Positions 37,336 to 52,071 of a DNA stretch of 64,000 nucleotides are shown here, in pieces. The first letter of the stretch is position 1. Each line of letters opens with the position of its first letter. The translations under genes and the position numbers were made by a program. Below the pieces are notes generated by a model, which searched no databases, was not told the DNA's origin, and saw nothing but the letters and a program-made list of their open reading frames with translations. Source of the stretch: the human T2T-CHM13v2.0 reference genome, Homo sapiens; NCBI RefSeq assembly GCF_009914755.1, contig NC_060926.1; one strand, given 5' to 3'.

Positions 37336-39641
37336 AAATGTACAGAATATGTACTTAACCTCAAAGTTGGGAAGAATTAGCTTTAAAAAAGAGTAACCGT
37401 AAATGGAAATATTGACGTAATTGAGAATATACACACACGTTGCAACTTTTGTACAGCACAAGCCTATATAAACAAAACCAATACATTGATAGAATTGTAA
37501 ATACTTTGTAAGCCATGGGCAAATTGTTACAAATCCAGCAGGGGTTATTATATGTTTATAAGATAGTACATCCTGTTAGAAATCAATCTATTATATATTG
37601 ATAAGACTAAGTCTTGTTAGAAACCTGTTTAAATATGGGATTTTACCCATATTTTTACCCTTAGGTGGGATTGAGATGCCAAGGAATAGACACTGGACAC
37701 ACTAATTAGTGCATCCTTTTCCTAAACACACATATTTATTTGCAAGCACTGTGCTTAGATCTCTCTGAGATAAAGAGAATGATAGTGACAGTAGTGATGA
37801 CAGCAACCATTATGCGTTAAAAGATAGAAAATATGTTTCCAAAACAGTTTCAAACATGATCTAGTATTTTTAGGTGGACACAAGTAATGACTGATTTGGC
37901 TCCCTGAGGTAAAGCTAGCATCTTGGTTGCCATGGTACTCTGATGTCATTGGCCCCCTCCTGAGGAAGTCGAGCTGGTATTGATGGATACCAGAGAGACT
38001 GGGGCCACGGGGGCTGCTGATGCAGGAGACATGGAAGGTGCTGATCTGGGTGGGAGTTGGGAGGAGCAGTCAAGAACACACTGACTTTTAACACTTCCTC
38101 TTCCTCTATTTTCTGGAGTAGAACCTGTGGAACACCATCAGCCTGGGGAACACTAACAAGGAATTTTAAAAAATTGCTAGAGCCCCAGCATAGGCTAGCT
38201 GGAGATGAGAAGCTCCTGGGGCCACAGTCATGGTTGAGGGGGAGGGTCCACTTTCATAGTCTTTTCCACCAGCAACATCACCAGGATCTCACAGTGAGGA
38301 GAGTTGTATGTAAATCCAGAGAAAGCCCCCCACTTCCTGAAACTGCTGATGGAGGAGAAGAGTCTCGACATGATCTCTGTATACTTCTTCCTAACATAGG
38401 ACTTGGTGTTTAGCAGGCCTTCAGTAAATGTTTGTAGAATTGAAGTAGATAAAATGTTCATATGCATCCCCATTTTAAGACAAGACATATTTATCTTTCT
38501 ATTTCTTCCCAGTGCCTAAGCATGCTGATGGGTAGATTGAAGGTACCCAGTTGTTAGCTGATAGCTCAGCTAGAACGTTCTGTATTTTCACTGATTTATT
38601 CCTCCCCATAAGCCTTTTTGTCTCTTATAGTTGTTTCTATCTATGTCCTGTGACTCAAATTGTACCTTTATAGTTGAACTTCTTACCTATAAGGTATTTA
38701 AGCCTGTTACAAGGTGCATCCTCTTGGGAGAGATAATATTTGATGGTCTGATCACTCTTTTACTGCCTTCTTTAAAAGAGTGTTGGATAAAGAAATAGCA
38801 GGGAAACTCTGATGAAAGGGAATTCACTAAGAGAAATGCAGAATTTGAAAATCTTAATGTTAACATCAGAATGGATTAAGAGGTAAAAGTAATTAAACTT
38901 ACTGAGCACTACTGAGTCCCGGGCTTTGGTATGAGATGACTTTAAATGTGACCCAAATAGCTTTCAGGCTCCCTTGCCCTTAGATTTCTATGACCAATGG
39001 GCTCAGACTCAAGCAAATTCTTTAGCCTCATTTCTCTAGGTTCCTACAAAATCCCAGAGCCACATGTCCATATCTCATTTTGTGAATGTTCACCTCCTCA
39101 GTTCAGCTGGGAAGTTCAATCTCACAGTGTCCTGGTGAGTGTCACCTGGGATTAACCTTGAGTGGAAATGAAGTGATATTAATTGGCACAGTCTCAAGTT
39201 AGAATTGCTGAACCTCTATTCTGAGGATACAAATTTAAATCTTGACTTTGAAACTTGCTCTGCATCTCAACCTTAATATATCTCAACATCATCATCTTTA
39301 AAACAGGATAGTGGCTTCTACCTTAACAACTAGGCAGGAGGTTATAAAGGTCAAACAAAGTAAGATTTCATATAATTTTACAAACATAAGTGATCAGGAT
39401 TTAATGGTGGCAAGTTACTACTGACTGAATCGTATCACTTAACCCTCCTTCTCTTCGAGGTTCTCACTCAAAAGAAGCACAGAAAGTAGAAAGTGTAACA
39501 GAGTGAGAAAAAATAAAACAAACAAAATTTACAGCTTTATTCACAGAGAAGTGATTGATAATGCTTTGAGAAGCTGTAATAGAAAACTGAGGCCAAAAAA
39601 TGAAGGGAAGCTCATTAGGAAGCAGATTACTTGCTACCCAC

Positions 39642-40805
39642 TTTTTTTTTTTAATTATACTTTAAGTTCTAAGGTATATGTGCACAACGTGCAGGTTTGT
39701 TGCATATGTATACATGCACCATGTTGGTGTGCTGCACCCATTAACTCGTCATTTACATTAGGTATATCTCCTAATGCTATCCTTCCCCCCTTCCCCGACC
39801 CCATGACAGGCCCTGGTGTGTGATGTTCCCCTTCCTGTGTCCAAGAGTTCTCATTGTTCAATTCCCACCTATGAGTGAGAACATGCAGTGTTTGGTATTT
39901 TGTACTTGCGATAGTTTGCTGAGAATGATGGTTTCCAGCTTCATCCGTGTCCCTACAAAGGACATGAACTCATCATTTTTTATGGCTGCATAGTATTCCA
40001 TGGTGTATATGTGCCACATTTTCTTAATCCAGTCTATCATTGATGGACATTTGGGTTGGTTCCAAGTCTTTGCTATTGTGAGTAGTGCCGCAATAAACAT
40101 ATGTGTGCATGTGTCTTTATAGCAGCATGATTTATAATCCTTTGGGTATATACCCAGTAATGGGATGGCTGTGTCAAATGGTATTTCTAGTTCTAGAGCC
40201 TTGAGGAATCGCCACACTGTCTTCCACAATGGTTGAACTAGTTTACAGTCCCACCAACAGTGTAAAAGTGTTCCTATTTCTCCACATCCTCTCCAGCACC
40301 TGTTGTTTCCTGACTTTTTAATGATCACCATTCTAACTCGTGTGAGATGGTATCTCATTGTGGTTTTGATTTGCATTTCTCTGATGGCCAGTGATGATGA
40401 GCATTTTTTCAATGTGTCTTTTGGCTGCATAAATGTCTTCTTTTGAGAAGTGTCTGTTCATATCCTTTGCCCACTTTTTGATGGGGTTGTTTGTTTGTTT
40501 CTTGTAAATTTGTTGGAGTTCTTTGTAGATTCTGGATATTAGCCCTTTGTCAGATGGGTAGATTGCAAAAATTTCCTCCCATTCTTTAGGTTGGCTGTTC
40601 ACTGTGATGGTAGTTTCTTTTGCTGTGCAGAAGCTCTTTAGTTTAATTAGATCCCATTTGTTAATTTTGGCTTTTGTTGCCATTGCTTTTGGTGTTTTAG
40701 ACATGAAGTCCTTGCCCATGCCTATGTCTTGAATGGTATTGCCTAGGTTTTCTTCTAGGGTTTTTCATAATTTTAGGTCTAACATTTAAGTCTTTAATCA
40801 ATTTG
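39642..40805 (-). mobile_element. L1PA4/5-like 5'-truncated element (ORF2 C-terminus and 3'UTR)
   Basis: ORFs 39858..40430 and 40333..40719 are the frameshifted ORF2p C-terminus; poly-T at 39642; no TSD found. Confidence 0.93.
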
Positions 40806-40964
40806 AATCCAAATACCAGGATAACATGCACAAGAGGGAAAGAGAAACAATGAGAGAGAGATGACAGGCACCAGAAGAATCCCTGAGGTGACAAAAGTGA
40901 AGTACAAAAAAGGAGACAGCTCTCCACTGGGAGAAGCCACACCTGTAGGAATTACAAGAGCAAC

Positions 40965-41310
40965 TAATATGGTTTGGCTCTATGTCCTCACCCAAATCTC
41001 ATCTTGAATTGTAATCCCCACAGGTTGGAGGAGGGACCTGGTGGGAAGTGATTCGATCATGGGGTCAGATTTCTCCCTCACTGTTCTTGTGATAGTGTGT
41101 GATTCTCACAAGATCTGATGGTTTAAAAATGTGGCACTTCCCCTCTTTCTCTCCCTCTCCTACTGCCATGTAAGATGTACCTTGCTTCCTCTTTACCTTC
41201 TGCCATGATTGTAAGTTTCCTGAGGCCTCCCTAGTCATATGGAACGGTGAGTCACTTAAACTTTTTTTCTGTGTAAATTACCCAGTCTCAGGTAGTTTTT
41301 TATAGCAGCA
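40965..41310 (+). mobile_element. MaLR LTR, MSTA/THE1D-like
   Basis: T(A)ATATGGTTTGGCTC..CCCAAATCTCATCTTGAATTGTAATCCCCA; AAATTACCCAGTCTCAGGTA. Confidence 0.88.
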
Positions 41311-42755
41311 GTTATTATCTCCTCCCTCCCCTCTGTGTTTCCTTTCTTTGCTTTTAGAGAGTTATGTATAAGTTTATACACATGTGTGTGTGTTTCAATC
41401 CATAGGGCCATTTATGTTGGAAGAACATAACCTACCCTCTTGACTACTGAAAAATGCAGTATCATTTAGTTTCTGCTGGAAAACAATTAGCAACAAGGAG
41501 ACTACTGTTTTGCAAAGCTGTATATTTCCTTCCTGAGAAGCTCAGGCTATTAGAAGTCATATGATGCAATGACGAAAAACCGGTGTACTGAAGTTCAGCT
41601 GTTTCTCTTTCAATAGCCCTTCAGGTATTGGGAGACAGAGTCCAGCGAGCAGTTGGGAAAACTAACTTGTGTTATTCCCTTGCCCACATATTTTCAGTGT
41701 TTGTGCTCTCAAGAATGATCATGACAGGAAAGCAAATAACAATCTCAGGGAGAATTCAGAAACACAAACTGTATATTTACAAAGGGCTGATAGAAATCAA
41801 ATGCAGTAGCCCCTCTGCAGAAGGATTCAAGAAAGTCAGCAAAGATCACTATGCGATTACTGGGAGATGTAGAAATCTCCTTCCTGCGGAGGGGTGGAGA
41901 GAGAGAGAATGTGCAAGAAAAATACTCATGCCTCTCAGAATTTGTTCATTTGTTTAATCAAACCCTGGTTGTTTTTGTTTGTTTGTTTTTTTGTTTTCTT
42001 TAATTTCCTTCCTTTTTTTCTTTTTCTTTTATTTTCTTTCTATTTTATTTTTTATTTTTATATTTTGGTCACGGTTAGATTTTCCTACAAATGCTTTATT
42101 AAAATGCAAATGTTTCAAGTCTCTCTTGCTATTTTGATAGAAAATAAAATAGTCAATTTTCCAACTTTATCTCATCTAAATTGGATACATTTATTATTTT
42201 CATAATGGAAAAAGGCCACTCATTCATTTTCAGGTAGTGTGTATATTTTTATAAGGTACAAATAGAGTTTTTATTTAAGTGTCTGGCAACACTTGCCATT
42301 TTTTATGCTAGAAATGACAGTGTGTTGTTCTGTGTTCTGAAGTCCCAGGATTGAACTCTAATTTATCAACATGACATCTATGTGAGGGAGCTTCACACCC
42401 AACCCCCACCTTATAAAAAATAGGTAAGATGGTCCAGTAATATTTTATGAGGATTCTGGAGGAGCTACCATTTCTCACTCAAGTGTCTTATTTCAAAATA
42501 TTAACCCTAATTTATGAATGACCATATCCAACCTCACAACAACCCTATGGCAGAGGTATCCTCATTGCCGTTTCACAGATTAGAAACTTAAGCTTACAGA
42601 GGCCCAGTGTAACACAGAGCCTGCTTAAAATAAATAATATATTCAGAAACATTCAGAATGTCAACCTCGTGAACTGGGAGTTAGCACTGAAACGATTGCT
42701 AAGTACCTCATTAACGATAAGAAGCCAGTCTGTGAGTTTCAGGCAGGCAACCTCA

Positions 42756-43183
<428 letters not shown>

Positions 43184-44559
43184 TTACAGAGACTGAGTCC
43201 TCTGAGGGAAGCATAATCATGTTCATTTATGGAAATGAAAGAACTGGGCCTCTAGAGAATAGGTCACTTGTCCCATTTCACATTACTATTGCAAATATTG
43301 AGAAAGAACCAGGATTTGGCATGCGGTATTTCTTCCACCAAAGGGAAATGTTAGGAAAGGTGAATGAATGTGTGAGACAATGTTTTCACCCAGAACCAAT
43401 CTCTATATTACATCAGTGAAACTCATCCATCAAAAACTCAAGCTCTTCCTTCTTTTAGGTGGAAATAATTACTATCTATTCTTGCAGCAAGCCTATTAAA
43501 ATTGAGAAACACTTTGCTTCAATGATTCCACAATCACTTTTGATTGAATGACTTATTTTTTGATTCATTCATTCATCAAACACACAGCCTTGTGAGCTAT
43601 GTACTTGACATAGAGATAAATAAAGCAAAAAACTTTTGCTCTAAAGGAAGGCCTTGTCTCCTCAGGGATAGAAGATGTTAAAATAGTTAGAAAGCACTGG
43701 GATAATAATAAAGTTATCTGGGAGGAAGAAGAGGAGAGGGATATTTGGCTGAATAAAAAAAAAGTTAGAAAAAAGTCCTGTAGAATAATTTTCAAAATGG
43801 ATTTTAGAATTAACTTATAACATTATCTAATGCCTAATATATGCAAAAATGTATGAGTGGAAAAAATGTGAAGAAATTTAATAATATGAGTTGTTTCATC
43901 TATTGAGCCCTACTCTATGCCAGGATATTTACATGTATTTATTTCTCATCCAAGGTCACATTTATCAATCTTGTTTAGAAACAAAAAAGATTAAACAAAG
44001 CCTCTGAAGTTCAATTATTTTTATACTTTAGTAAATAGCAGATTTGGGATTCACACTCACTTTCTCCAGGCGCTATGACTATGACCCTTCTACTTTTTCA
44101 CACTACGGCCCCTGAAACCCCTGAATTGAAGGGATTTGCACGCCAGTTGGAAAGATAAGGTTTACAGACAAACAACAGCTAATAGTGAGATAGCAAGTCA
44201 AAATTAATGACAAACCTCAAATATATGTTATATATTATAAATGTATTACATATAATACATATTATATATACACATACGTTATACAACACACAAATAGAGT
44301 TGGAAAAGGAAGTCATTCCCGTGGACTATGAAGAATCCACGAAAAAGCTAAAAATTGAGGTCAGCATCAAAAGACAGTAGAAGAAAATAATACTGCCTTC
44401 CATACCCTCCCCTAGTGTCCAACTCCTACAGGGTCAGGAGATCTTTGGGGCTAAGCTTTCCTGACTCTATAGGGGTTGTGGGCTCAGCTGAAAAGTGTGA
44501 ACACTGCAAATATTAGTCATCCTTAGGAAGGAAGATAGTGGGATAGTATATTCACTTAT

Positions 44560-45465
44560 TTGTTTTATTATTATTATTGCTATATAATTAATTACTGCAA
44601 ACTTAGTGGCTTAAAATGACACACATTGCTGGGTGCAGTGGCTCACACCTGTAACCCTAGAGCTTTGAAAGGCTGAGGTGTGAGGACTGCTTGAGGCCAG
44701 GAGTTTGAGACCAGACTGAGCAGCATAGCACTACCCCATTTCTACAAAATTTTTAAAAATTAGCTGGGCCTAGTGGCATACTCAGTTATTCGGGAGACTG
44801 AGGCAGGAGGATTACTTGGGCTCAGGAGTCTGGGACTGCAGTGAGCTATGATTGCACCACTGGACTCCATCTGGGTAAGAGAGTGAGACCTTATTTCAAA
44901 AACAAAACACAAAAAATCCCCACATATTTACTACATCATAGTTTCCATGGTTTAGGATTCTGAGCACGGATGAGATGATTCCTCTACTCAGGATCTCAAG
45001 CTGTCCTCCAGGCTGTGATCACGTCTGAGCTGCGAGGTTCTCTTCCCAACTCACTGGTTGTGGGCAGAATTCACTTCCGTGTGGTGGTGAATCCAGGCAA
45101 GCAACTCCTAGAGGCCACCCATGGTTCCCTGCCATGAGGCCCTCTTCTCATTCTGGAAAATTGCTTCTTGAGGGCGGGGAGGAGAGCATCTCTGCTGCTT
45201 CTTGTCTTTGAACTTTAAATCTTCTTCTTCTAGGGGACCCATCTAAGTGGGTAAGGCCCGCCCAAGATCATGTCTCCATTGATCCTTAAAGTCAATCAAT
45301 CAGGGACCTTCATTACATTTGCAAAATTAATTCACCTTTGGCATATCCCATAACCTAATCACAGGGAGGATATTCCATCATAGTTGTAGGCCCTGCCACA
45401 CTAAAAGGGGAGAATTTATACAGGGGGGCAAATCTTAGACCCATCTTAGAATTCTGTCTACCACA
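44560..45465 (-). mobile_element. MLT1 (D/E-like) MaLR LTR interrupted by an AluJ
   Basis: AAACTTAGTGGCTTAAAA..GGCAGAATTCACTTCC..CCATCTTAGAATTCTGTCTACCACA. Confidence 0.8.
44628..44915 (+). mobile_element. AluJ
   Basis: GAGGACTGCTTGAGGCCAGG and GCAGTGAGCTATGATTGCACC J-type diagnostics. Confidence 0.9.
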
Positions 45466-45575
45466 GATAGGATAAAGGAACTGAGTTTATTTATTGAGAG
45501 CCTGTTGTTCCTGGTACTGGGGATATAAAAATACACAAAACAAATGCAGTCTTGCCTCATAAGGCCACAAGACAC

Positions 45576-45973
45576 TGTTATGAGCTAATTTGAGCCTTCC
45601 CCATCCCAAAATTTATATGTGGAAGTCCTAACCCCCAGTACCTCAGAATGTGGTCATATTTAGAGACAGGGCCTTTAAAGAGGTGATTAAATTAAAATGA
45701 GACCATTAGGATGGGCCGTAAGCCATTCTGACTGGTGTTCTTTTAAGAAGCAGAATTTGAACATGGAAAGAGACACCAGGGATGTGTGTGCAGAGGAAAG
45801 ATCACATAAGGACATAGCGAGGAAGCCAAGGAGAGAGGTCTCAGGAGAAATTCATCCTGCTGATGCCTTGTTCTTGGACTTCTAGCCTCCAGAAGTGAGA
45901 GAAAACAGATTTCTGTTGTCTAAGCCACCCTGTCTATGGTATTTTGTTATGGCAGCCCCAGCAACCTAATATA
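45576..45973 (+). mobile_element. MLT1A/B-like MaLR solo LTR
   Basis: GAAGTCCTAACCCCCAGTACCTCAGAATGTG..GGACTTCTAGCCTCCAGAA..TTTGTTATGGCAGCCC. Confidence 0.88.
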
Positions 45974-48149
45974 GAAGTCTTCCTGGGAAACCAAACAATC
46001 AAACAAATAAGGAATGTGACAGCTTCCTGACAGTGCAGTGCTACATTGGAAAGTAAAGCGGGGTCAGAGATAAATGCTATTTTAGTTGAGTTGTTTAGAA
46101 AAAGGATGGCAGATCTAAAAATAAAAGGAACTCCTTCCTTCCTAGATCCCAGCCTTTTGGGTCTGGACTCTTGGAGAGAGCCCCAGAGTGACCTGGCTGA
46201 TGGGAGGATATTCCTTTTCACAGGGAGGCAGAAGCCCCCTGGGAAGGACCCAGGAGACAGGTAATTAGGGATGGTCCTCTATCTAGGTCAGGAGGAATAT
46301 GGGATGGGTCTGTGGATTCTATTACCTGAAATACATGTTACTCTGGTTTCAATTTCACTCAGCCTTTCCATCCTCTCTAATGTTCTATCCTGGTCCTTGC
46401 TGTGCTATAGGGATGGAGGGTAATATTGGGGTTCAGTCTAGATCAGTATAGTGGTGGCAATTTTGAAATGTAAAGTCTTTATGGGGAAGGCGAACCTAGA
46501 GATTGCAAATTCTAGCTGTTCTTGCACCATGGAAATGTTCTCTCCCCTTTCTTCTTTTGGAGAAAGAGGTCATTAATTTAAGTTGATTCTTGATACACTC
46601 AAAGAAAATGGAATATTTGCAGAGAATGGTGTGAGCAAAAGAATGACATAAGCACACAAAGTACCCTAGTCCGGTGGTAAATCCAGAAGTCTCGCTGGGG
46701 AATGTAACACAAATAGGTGATTCCAGAAAGATAGGCTGAGGCTGGACTGAGCACAGGCTCATATGGAATGAGCTACTACATACAGTGATCTGCCTTGTTC
46801 ATTTTTTTCCATATCCACTTTATTTCGGTATAGATCATCTACCACAAAATTCACCTTTTTAAAGTATACAATTCGGTGGTTTGTAGGATACATCCAGAGT
46901 TGCGTGTATAACCATTACCACAATTCATTACCTTGATGCTGGCTGAAGACAAACAAGATCAAGAAGGATTTGGAAAAAATTTCAGAAAACATGCCAGTAA
47001 TTCAAGAAAAGATGGAAGATGTGTAGTGAGAGTTCTTTGAGGAAATTCAGGAATCATACTAATAAAGGGATGGTTAGAGTTCAGAAGAAAAATGTGCACG
47101 ATTTCATGCTACCTTTAAATTCTTATCACTTTGGATGCTGTCTTCGAGACACAAAATCTAGCATGGTGCCTGGTACATTATTTGAGTTCATTAAATATTT
47201 GTTAAATGAATGAATGAATTGTTCATCCACTAGCCAGGGAATCAAACCTCGTTGTATGTTTCTGAGTGTTTTCAAAATGTAATTAATTTGAAGATACCTT
47301 GGAACTGCTGTCTCTCTACTCTCACTATGCACCCTGGGGAAACTGCTATTGGCAACTGCATTTTATTTTGGAGACTTATTTTTTCCCCACTACACATATT
47401 AATTTTGTAATAATGGTTTATGTTTTTTTCTTATTAATTTAAAACCTCCTGTGGTAGGCATTTTGTCTGAGAGACTGTTTCACAATGCCGTGATTTTTTC
47501 TCCCACATTTTCCTCCATGTACGTGTTATGCATGTCACCCTACCTTCCTTTATTTTCAGACCTATGCCTTTGAATATGGACATCACACAAGCTAGTATTG
47601 AATTTTGATGTTTCTTTTCTGGGATCTCCTAGCTATTCTTAGTTTAGTGTCTCTGTTTAGTGTCCCTTTACTCACAGATATAGAATTCCATGTAAGTCTT
47701 CATAGATTTATTTGAACTTATTGTCAATACATTTTGTCTTGGATTAAATGCTCACACAGATGAGACTTAACTGTTGAGTTTAGTTCAATTGTGGAATGAA
47801 ACAGACACTGTTAGTTGCAAATCCAACATCTATTTCCACCTATCTCTCTTCAGTTACAGAGGGAAGGCTTAACTATTGGCTCAGGGGAGGATTATTTTAA
47901 TATTCTTATTGGAGAGAAATAAAGAAGTGAAAGCTCCTGTTGCCACTGGAAGCCATATTGTGATGAGGAAGAAAATTGTCCTTAGGATGAAATTGACCCT
48001 GAGCACAGCCATGGAAGGAATCTAGGCCCTTTTGATATCAGTAAGTGGTTTATCACACTAGGCTAGGTATCTGTGCTAATTCTCCACTTTTTATTTTGTG
48101 GGAAAAAAAAAACAATTTTAAAAAATAACTTAATTTTCATTATTTAGGT

Positions 48150-49000
48150 TAGAAAGTAAGAAAATGAACATAGAAGCCAAATGAAAGATCACTGAAGGTC
48201 ACAAACTATGTGAGCAACAAAATAAATAATGTAATATTGGATCATAATGAAAGTACAAAACACACAGCCACGAGTCCATATTGCTATAAATAAATGATTG
48301 TGTAAGTCCACAAATAGGGGAGGAGGGAAGATAAATTTCCAAATAATAGGCAAAAGAATTCCAAATACTTTATGTAGATACTGCCTCCCTCAGAGAGGTG
48401 GGCCATAACTCCCACCCCTTAGGTGTGTTGTGGGTTGCACACTTCTTACTAAAAGGGCAGAGGGGAGAGGAACTTTATTGTGGAGACACATGACAATCAA
48501 TACCTCAGCGCTGGGATCAAGTTGAACATGTTCCCTTGATACAACATCATGAGAATGACGTTTTATCTCTGTGGTCTTCCCCCACCCCTCAAATATAACC
48601 CCATTATAACCCTAAGGAAAAACACCAAACAAACCCAAATTGTACAGAGCTAATTACCAGTACTGCTCAACATTCTCAAGATCATCAAAAACAAGGTACG
48701 TTTGAGAAACTGTCACAGGGAGACATAACAACTCAACGTAATGTGGTTTCCTAGAAGGGACCTTGAAGAAATTAAAGACATTAAAAAATCCAAATGAAGT
48801 TTAGTTAACAGCAATGTATCAACAGACATACGTAGAATGTTTCCATATGCATATGTTTCATTAGTTGGGACCAATCTATCATGTTAATGTAAGATGTAAA
48901 CAATAGGGAAACAGGTGTAGGGATATACAGGAACCTTCTGTACTTTCTCTGAAACTTTTTTTTGTAAATCTAAAACTGCTCTAAAATTTAAAGTAAAAAC
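48150..49000 (+). mobile_element. L1MC/MD-like 3'UTR fragment
   Basis: GAGTCCATATTG..TAAATAAATGATTG; TAAGATGTAAACAATAGGGAAAC; GTAAATCTAAAACTGCTCTAAAA end. Confidence 0.7.
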
Positions 49001-50799
49001 AGTGTGCATTTTCTATATATTCTTAAAGGTGACTTTTTGATGAACAGTAGTTTTTATTTTTCATGCAATCAAACTTATCAATCCTTTTTGCTGTCATTAA
49101 TAATTTTTTTTCTCCTTTTCAGTAAACTTGTCAGCTTATCCTTCCTCAGTATCATGAAGATATCCTCCTATTTCTAGAAGTTTTATCTTATTGATTTTCA
49201 TATTGAGGTAAATTATATGCCTGAAATTAACTTTTGTGTATGATACAAAGTTGGGAATGGTCTTATTTTTTATTTTCTATACTTTTTGAAATACAGCTTT
49301 TTGCCCACTTTGTGCAGGGCCAATGATAAGTTTCTTTGTATGGAATGTTTTTATGTGTCTAAAGATCTAAGGGACTAGGTCTCAAGTGGCCCCCTCATCA
49401 CCCTACCCAGTCACTAGGCAATCTAGAAAGGCCATTCACCCATTGTTAGCAAGTGAACATGCGATGAAGTCAGTTCTTATGTAGACTCACGCAGCGTCCA
49501 CCTACTCTGTTAAATGCAGTTCCTGTCCCTGGAAAGAGATATAAGCCAGTACAATTGTTCAGGCCTTTCTTTAATATCTCCCTTTCCTCTTAAGAAACAA
49601 AAAATAAATCTCCATAAATTTTCAAAGCTTTCCATTATATGCCCTCCACCTATCTGTCTCATCTCCCATATCACAGTTCTTACTGCAATCCCTACTGACC
49701 TTCTACCCATTCCTCAAGGACACCACTCCAGTAATTTCAAACATGAATTTCTTCCCCCAGAAAATCATACCCTTCTGTGACTTTCCTGTCTTGGATATTT
49801 CCTGCCCCATCTTTTCCCTGGCTAATTCTTATTCTTGCCTCAAATTTCAGAATAAATAATCCCTCTTTAGAAAAGACTACCATAATCCATCAAAATCACA
49901 TCATTCCCCATTATAATTTAATTTTCAGTCCTCATTACAATTATATTTGGTTAATTTTTGCATACTTATCAGGTGAGTTTTTTTCTCCCAATACACTGAG
50001 AGTTTCACAAAATATCTGGTTCAGCAACATTTCCAAAATCTACCATAGAATCGGGTACATAGCATATTCTTTAAAAATATTTTTTTTAATAAATGGGGTG
50101 AAAAACTTATTTAAACCGTTGTTACTGAAATTTATTTTAAGAAATTAACTCTAAAAAGAATCATTACAAAACCTCTTTAGGGTAAAGAAATGCCTAGAAT
50201 AGAAACTAAATCCCTGAGGGCATAAGCACTTTGAAGCTAGGGAGCATTAGAGGTGGATAAACTCTGAATTACACACTGACAGAGATGAGGATGGAGACAG
50301 AACACAAATGAGGAGAAGATAGGAAGAGCAAGGCTGGGAAGCAGAAGATAGCAGATTTTTCTAAGGACCTAGAGTGTCTAACAATTCCTCTTCTTCCCCT
50401 CTCCACCCCCTCCTCCTTGATATACCTTTAATTTAACATCGTCCATTCACATTGATGCTTCCACCTGACTCTCCAGCCTACAGTTTGGTGCAGTGGTATG
50501 GCAATGCCTGCAGAACTGAAAATCAGAGAACAGGTCCGTGCTCCACTCCCAGCTGAGGCCAAGGCTGAGCTGAGCAAGGCTACCTGGGACAAAGCCATGG
50601 CTCTCGGCTGCCCTACTTCTTCGCCAGTGGAATCAAAAACTGGTATACGTGTCATGCAACACCCCTGGAAATTCACTGACCTCCTGGAGAGGAGAGGATG
50701 TTGGCTATTCAGAAACAGTGAAAGGGGAGAATGAACCCATCACATCTATATATGAGGGGGCAGGGAGGCCCACGAACTCTCCTTTAAGGCCCTCCATCA

Positions 50800-51242
50800 C
50801 ATAAGCACTTCCCTGATGCTCCTCTTCTTCTGACCTAGTGACTGCCAAGCCCTCCTGCACATCCTGCCCTGTTTCCATCCCACTTCAGGGCCTCAGATCT
50901 TTCCCTGTGCCCAAAGTGCTCATCCTAGGGAACTCCTTAGGGTTGGCTCCTCATCATTCCAGGCCTAGGTCATTGCTGACACTGGCCAGGCTTGAGTGCC
51001 ACATTTAAAAGTGGCCCTCACCCCACAAGCACAGCTTGTCGTCTTACCCTGCTCTGTTGCCTTCATGCATTTGGCACTATCTGATATTATCTATTTTAAG
51101 TACTCATTTCCTCATGTATAACATGTAATAGGCTTGAGGACAGATGCTTTTTACTATCTTCTTCCCTGTGGTATGCCCAGAATCCAGATAAGTAACTAGT
51201 AAGCAGTAGGTTCTCTCTGAGTAATTGTTGAATAAATGGAAT
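50800..51242 (+). mobile_element. L2 3' relic
   Basis: Ends AGCAGTAGGTTCTC..AATTGTTGAATAAATGGAATG, a typical L2 terminus. Confidence 0.55.
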
Positions 51243-51318
51243 GATCTTGGTTACAAATGAATAACTGAGTACACAAATGAGGTGAGAAGAAACCTACTAA
51301 TAAGTAATTGGAATTACC

Positions 51319-51878
51319 TGACCCAGCCATCCCATTACTGGGTATATACCCAAAGGACTATAAATCATGCTGCTATAAAGACACATGCACACGTATGTTT
51401 ATTGCGGCACTATTCACAATAGCAAAGACTTGGAACCAACCCAAATGTCCAACAATGATAGACTGGATTAAGAAAATGTGGCACATATACACCATGGAAT
51501 ACTATGCAGCCATAAAAAATGATGAGTTCATGTCCTTTGTAGGGACGTGGATGAAATTGGAAATCATCATTCTCAGTAACCTATCGCAAGGACAAAAAAC
51601 CAAACACCGCATGTTCTCACTCATAGGTGGGAATTGAACAATGAGAACACATGGACACAGGGAGGGGAACATCACACTCTGGGGACTGTTGTGGGGTGGG
51701 GGGAGGGGGGAGGGATAGCATTAGGAGATATACCTAATGTAAATGACGAGTTAATGGGTGCAGCACACCAGCATGGCACATGTATACATATGTAACTAAC
51801 CTGCACATTGTGCACATGTACCCTAAAACTCAAAGTATAATAATAATAAAATAAAATAAAATAAATAAAAAAACAAAA
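51319..51878 (+). mobile_element. L1PA3-like 5'-truncated 3' end
   Basis: ORF2p C-terminus [12 protein letters not shown]...LIGGN; 3'UTR GACGAGTTAATGGG; A-rich tail. Confidence 0.94.
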
Positions 51879-52031
51879 CACATAGGAAATGGAATATGAG
51901 GGAATAACACATGTGTTTTTCATCCTTTCTGATCTTCCTTTTCTGTTTCTCAGTTTGTTTCTGCTTTTAGGCACAGGTGCCTAGACTCTAGGCAAACTGG
52001 ACTGCCCCCCTGAGCACTGAGCAGCAGCCCT

Positions 52032-52034
<3 letters not shown>

Positions 52035-52067
<33 letters not shown>
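52035..52067. repeat. (TG)n microsatellite followed by CGCGC
   Basis: Direct reading. Confidence 0.9.
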
Positions 52068-52071
<4 letters not shown>

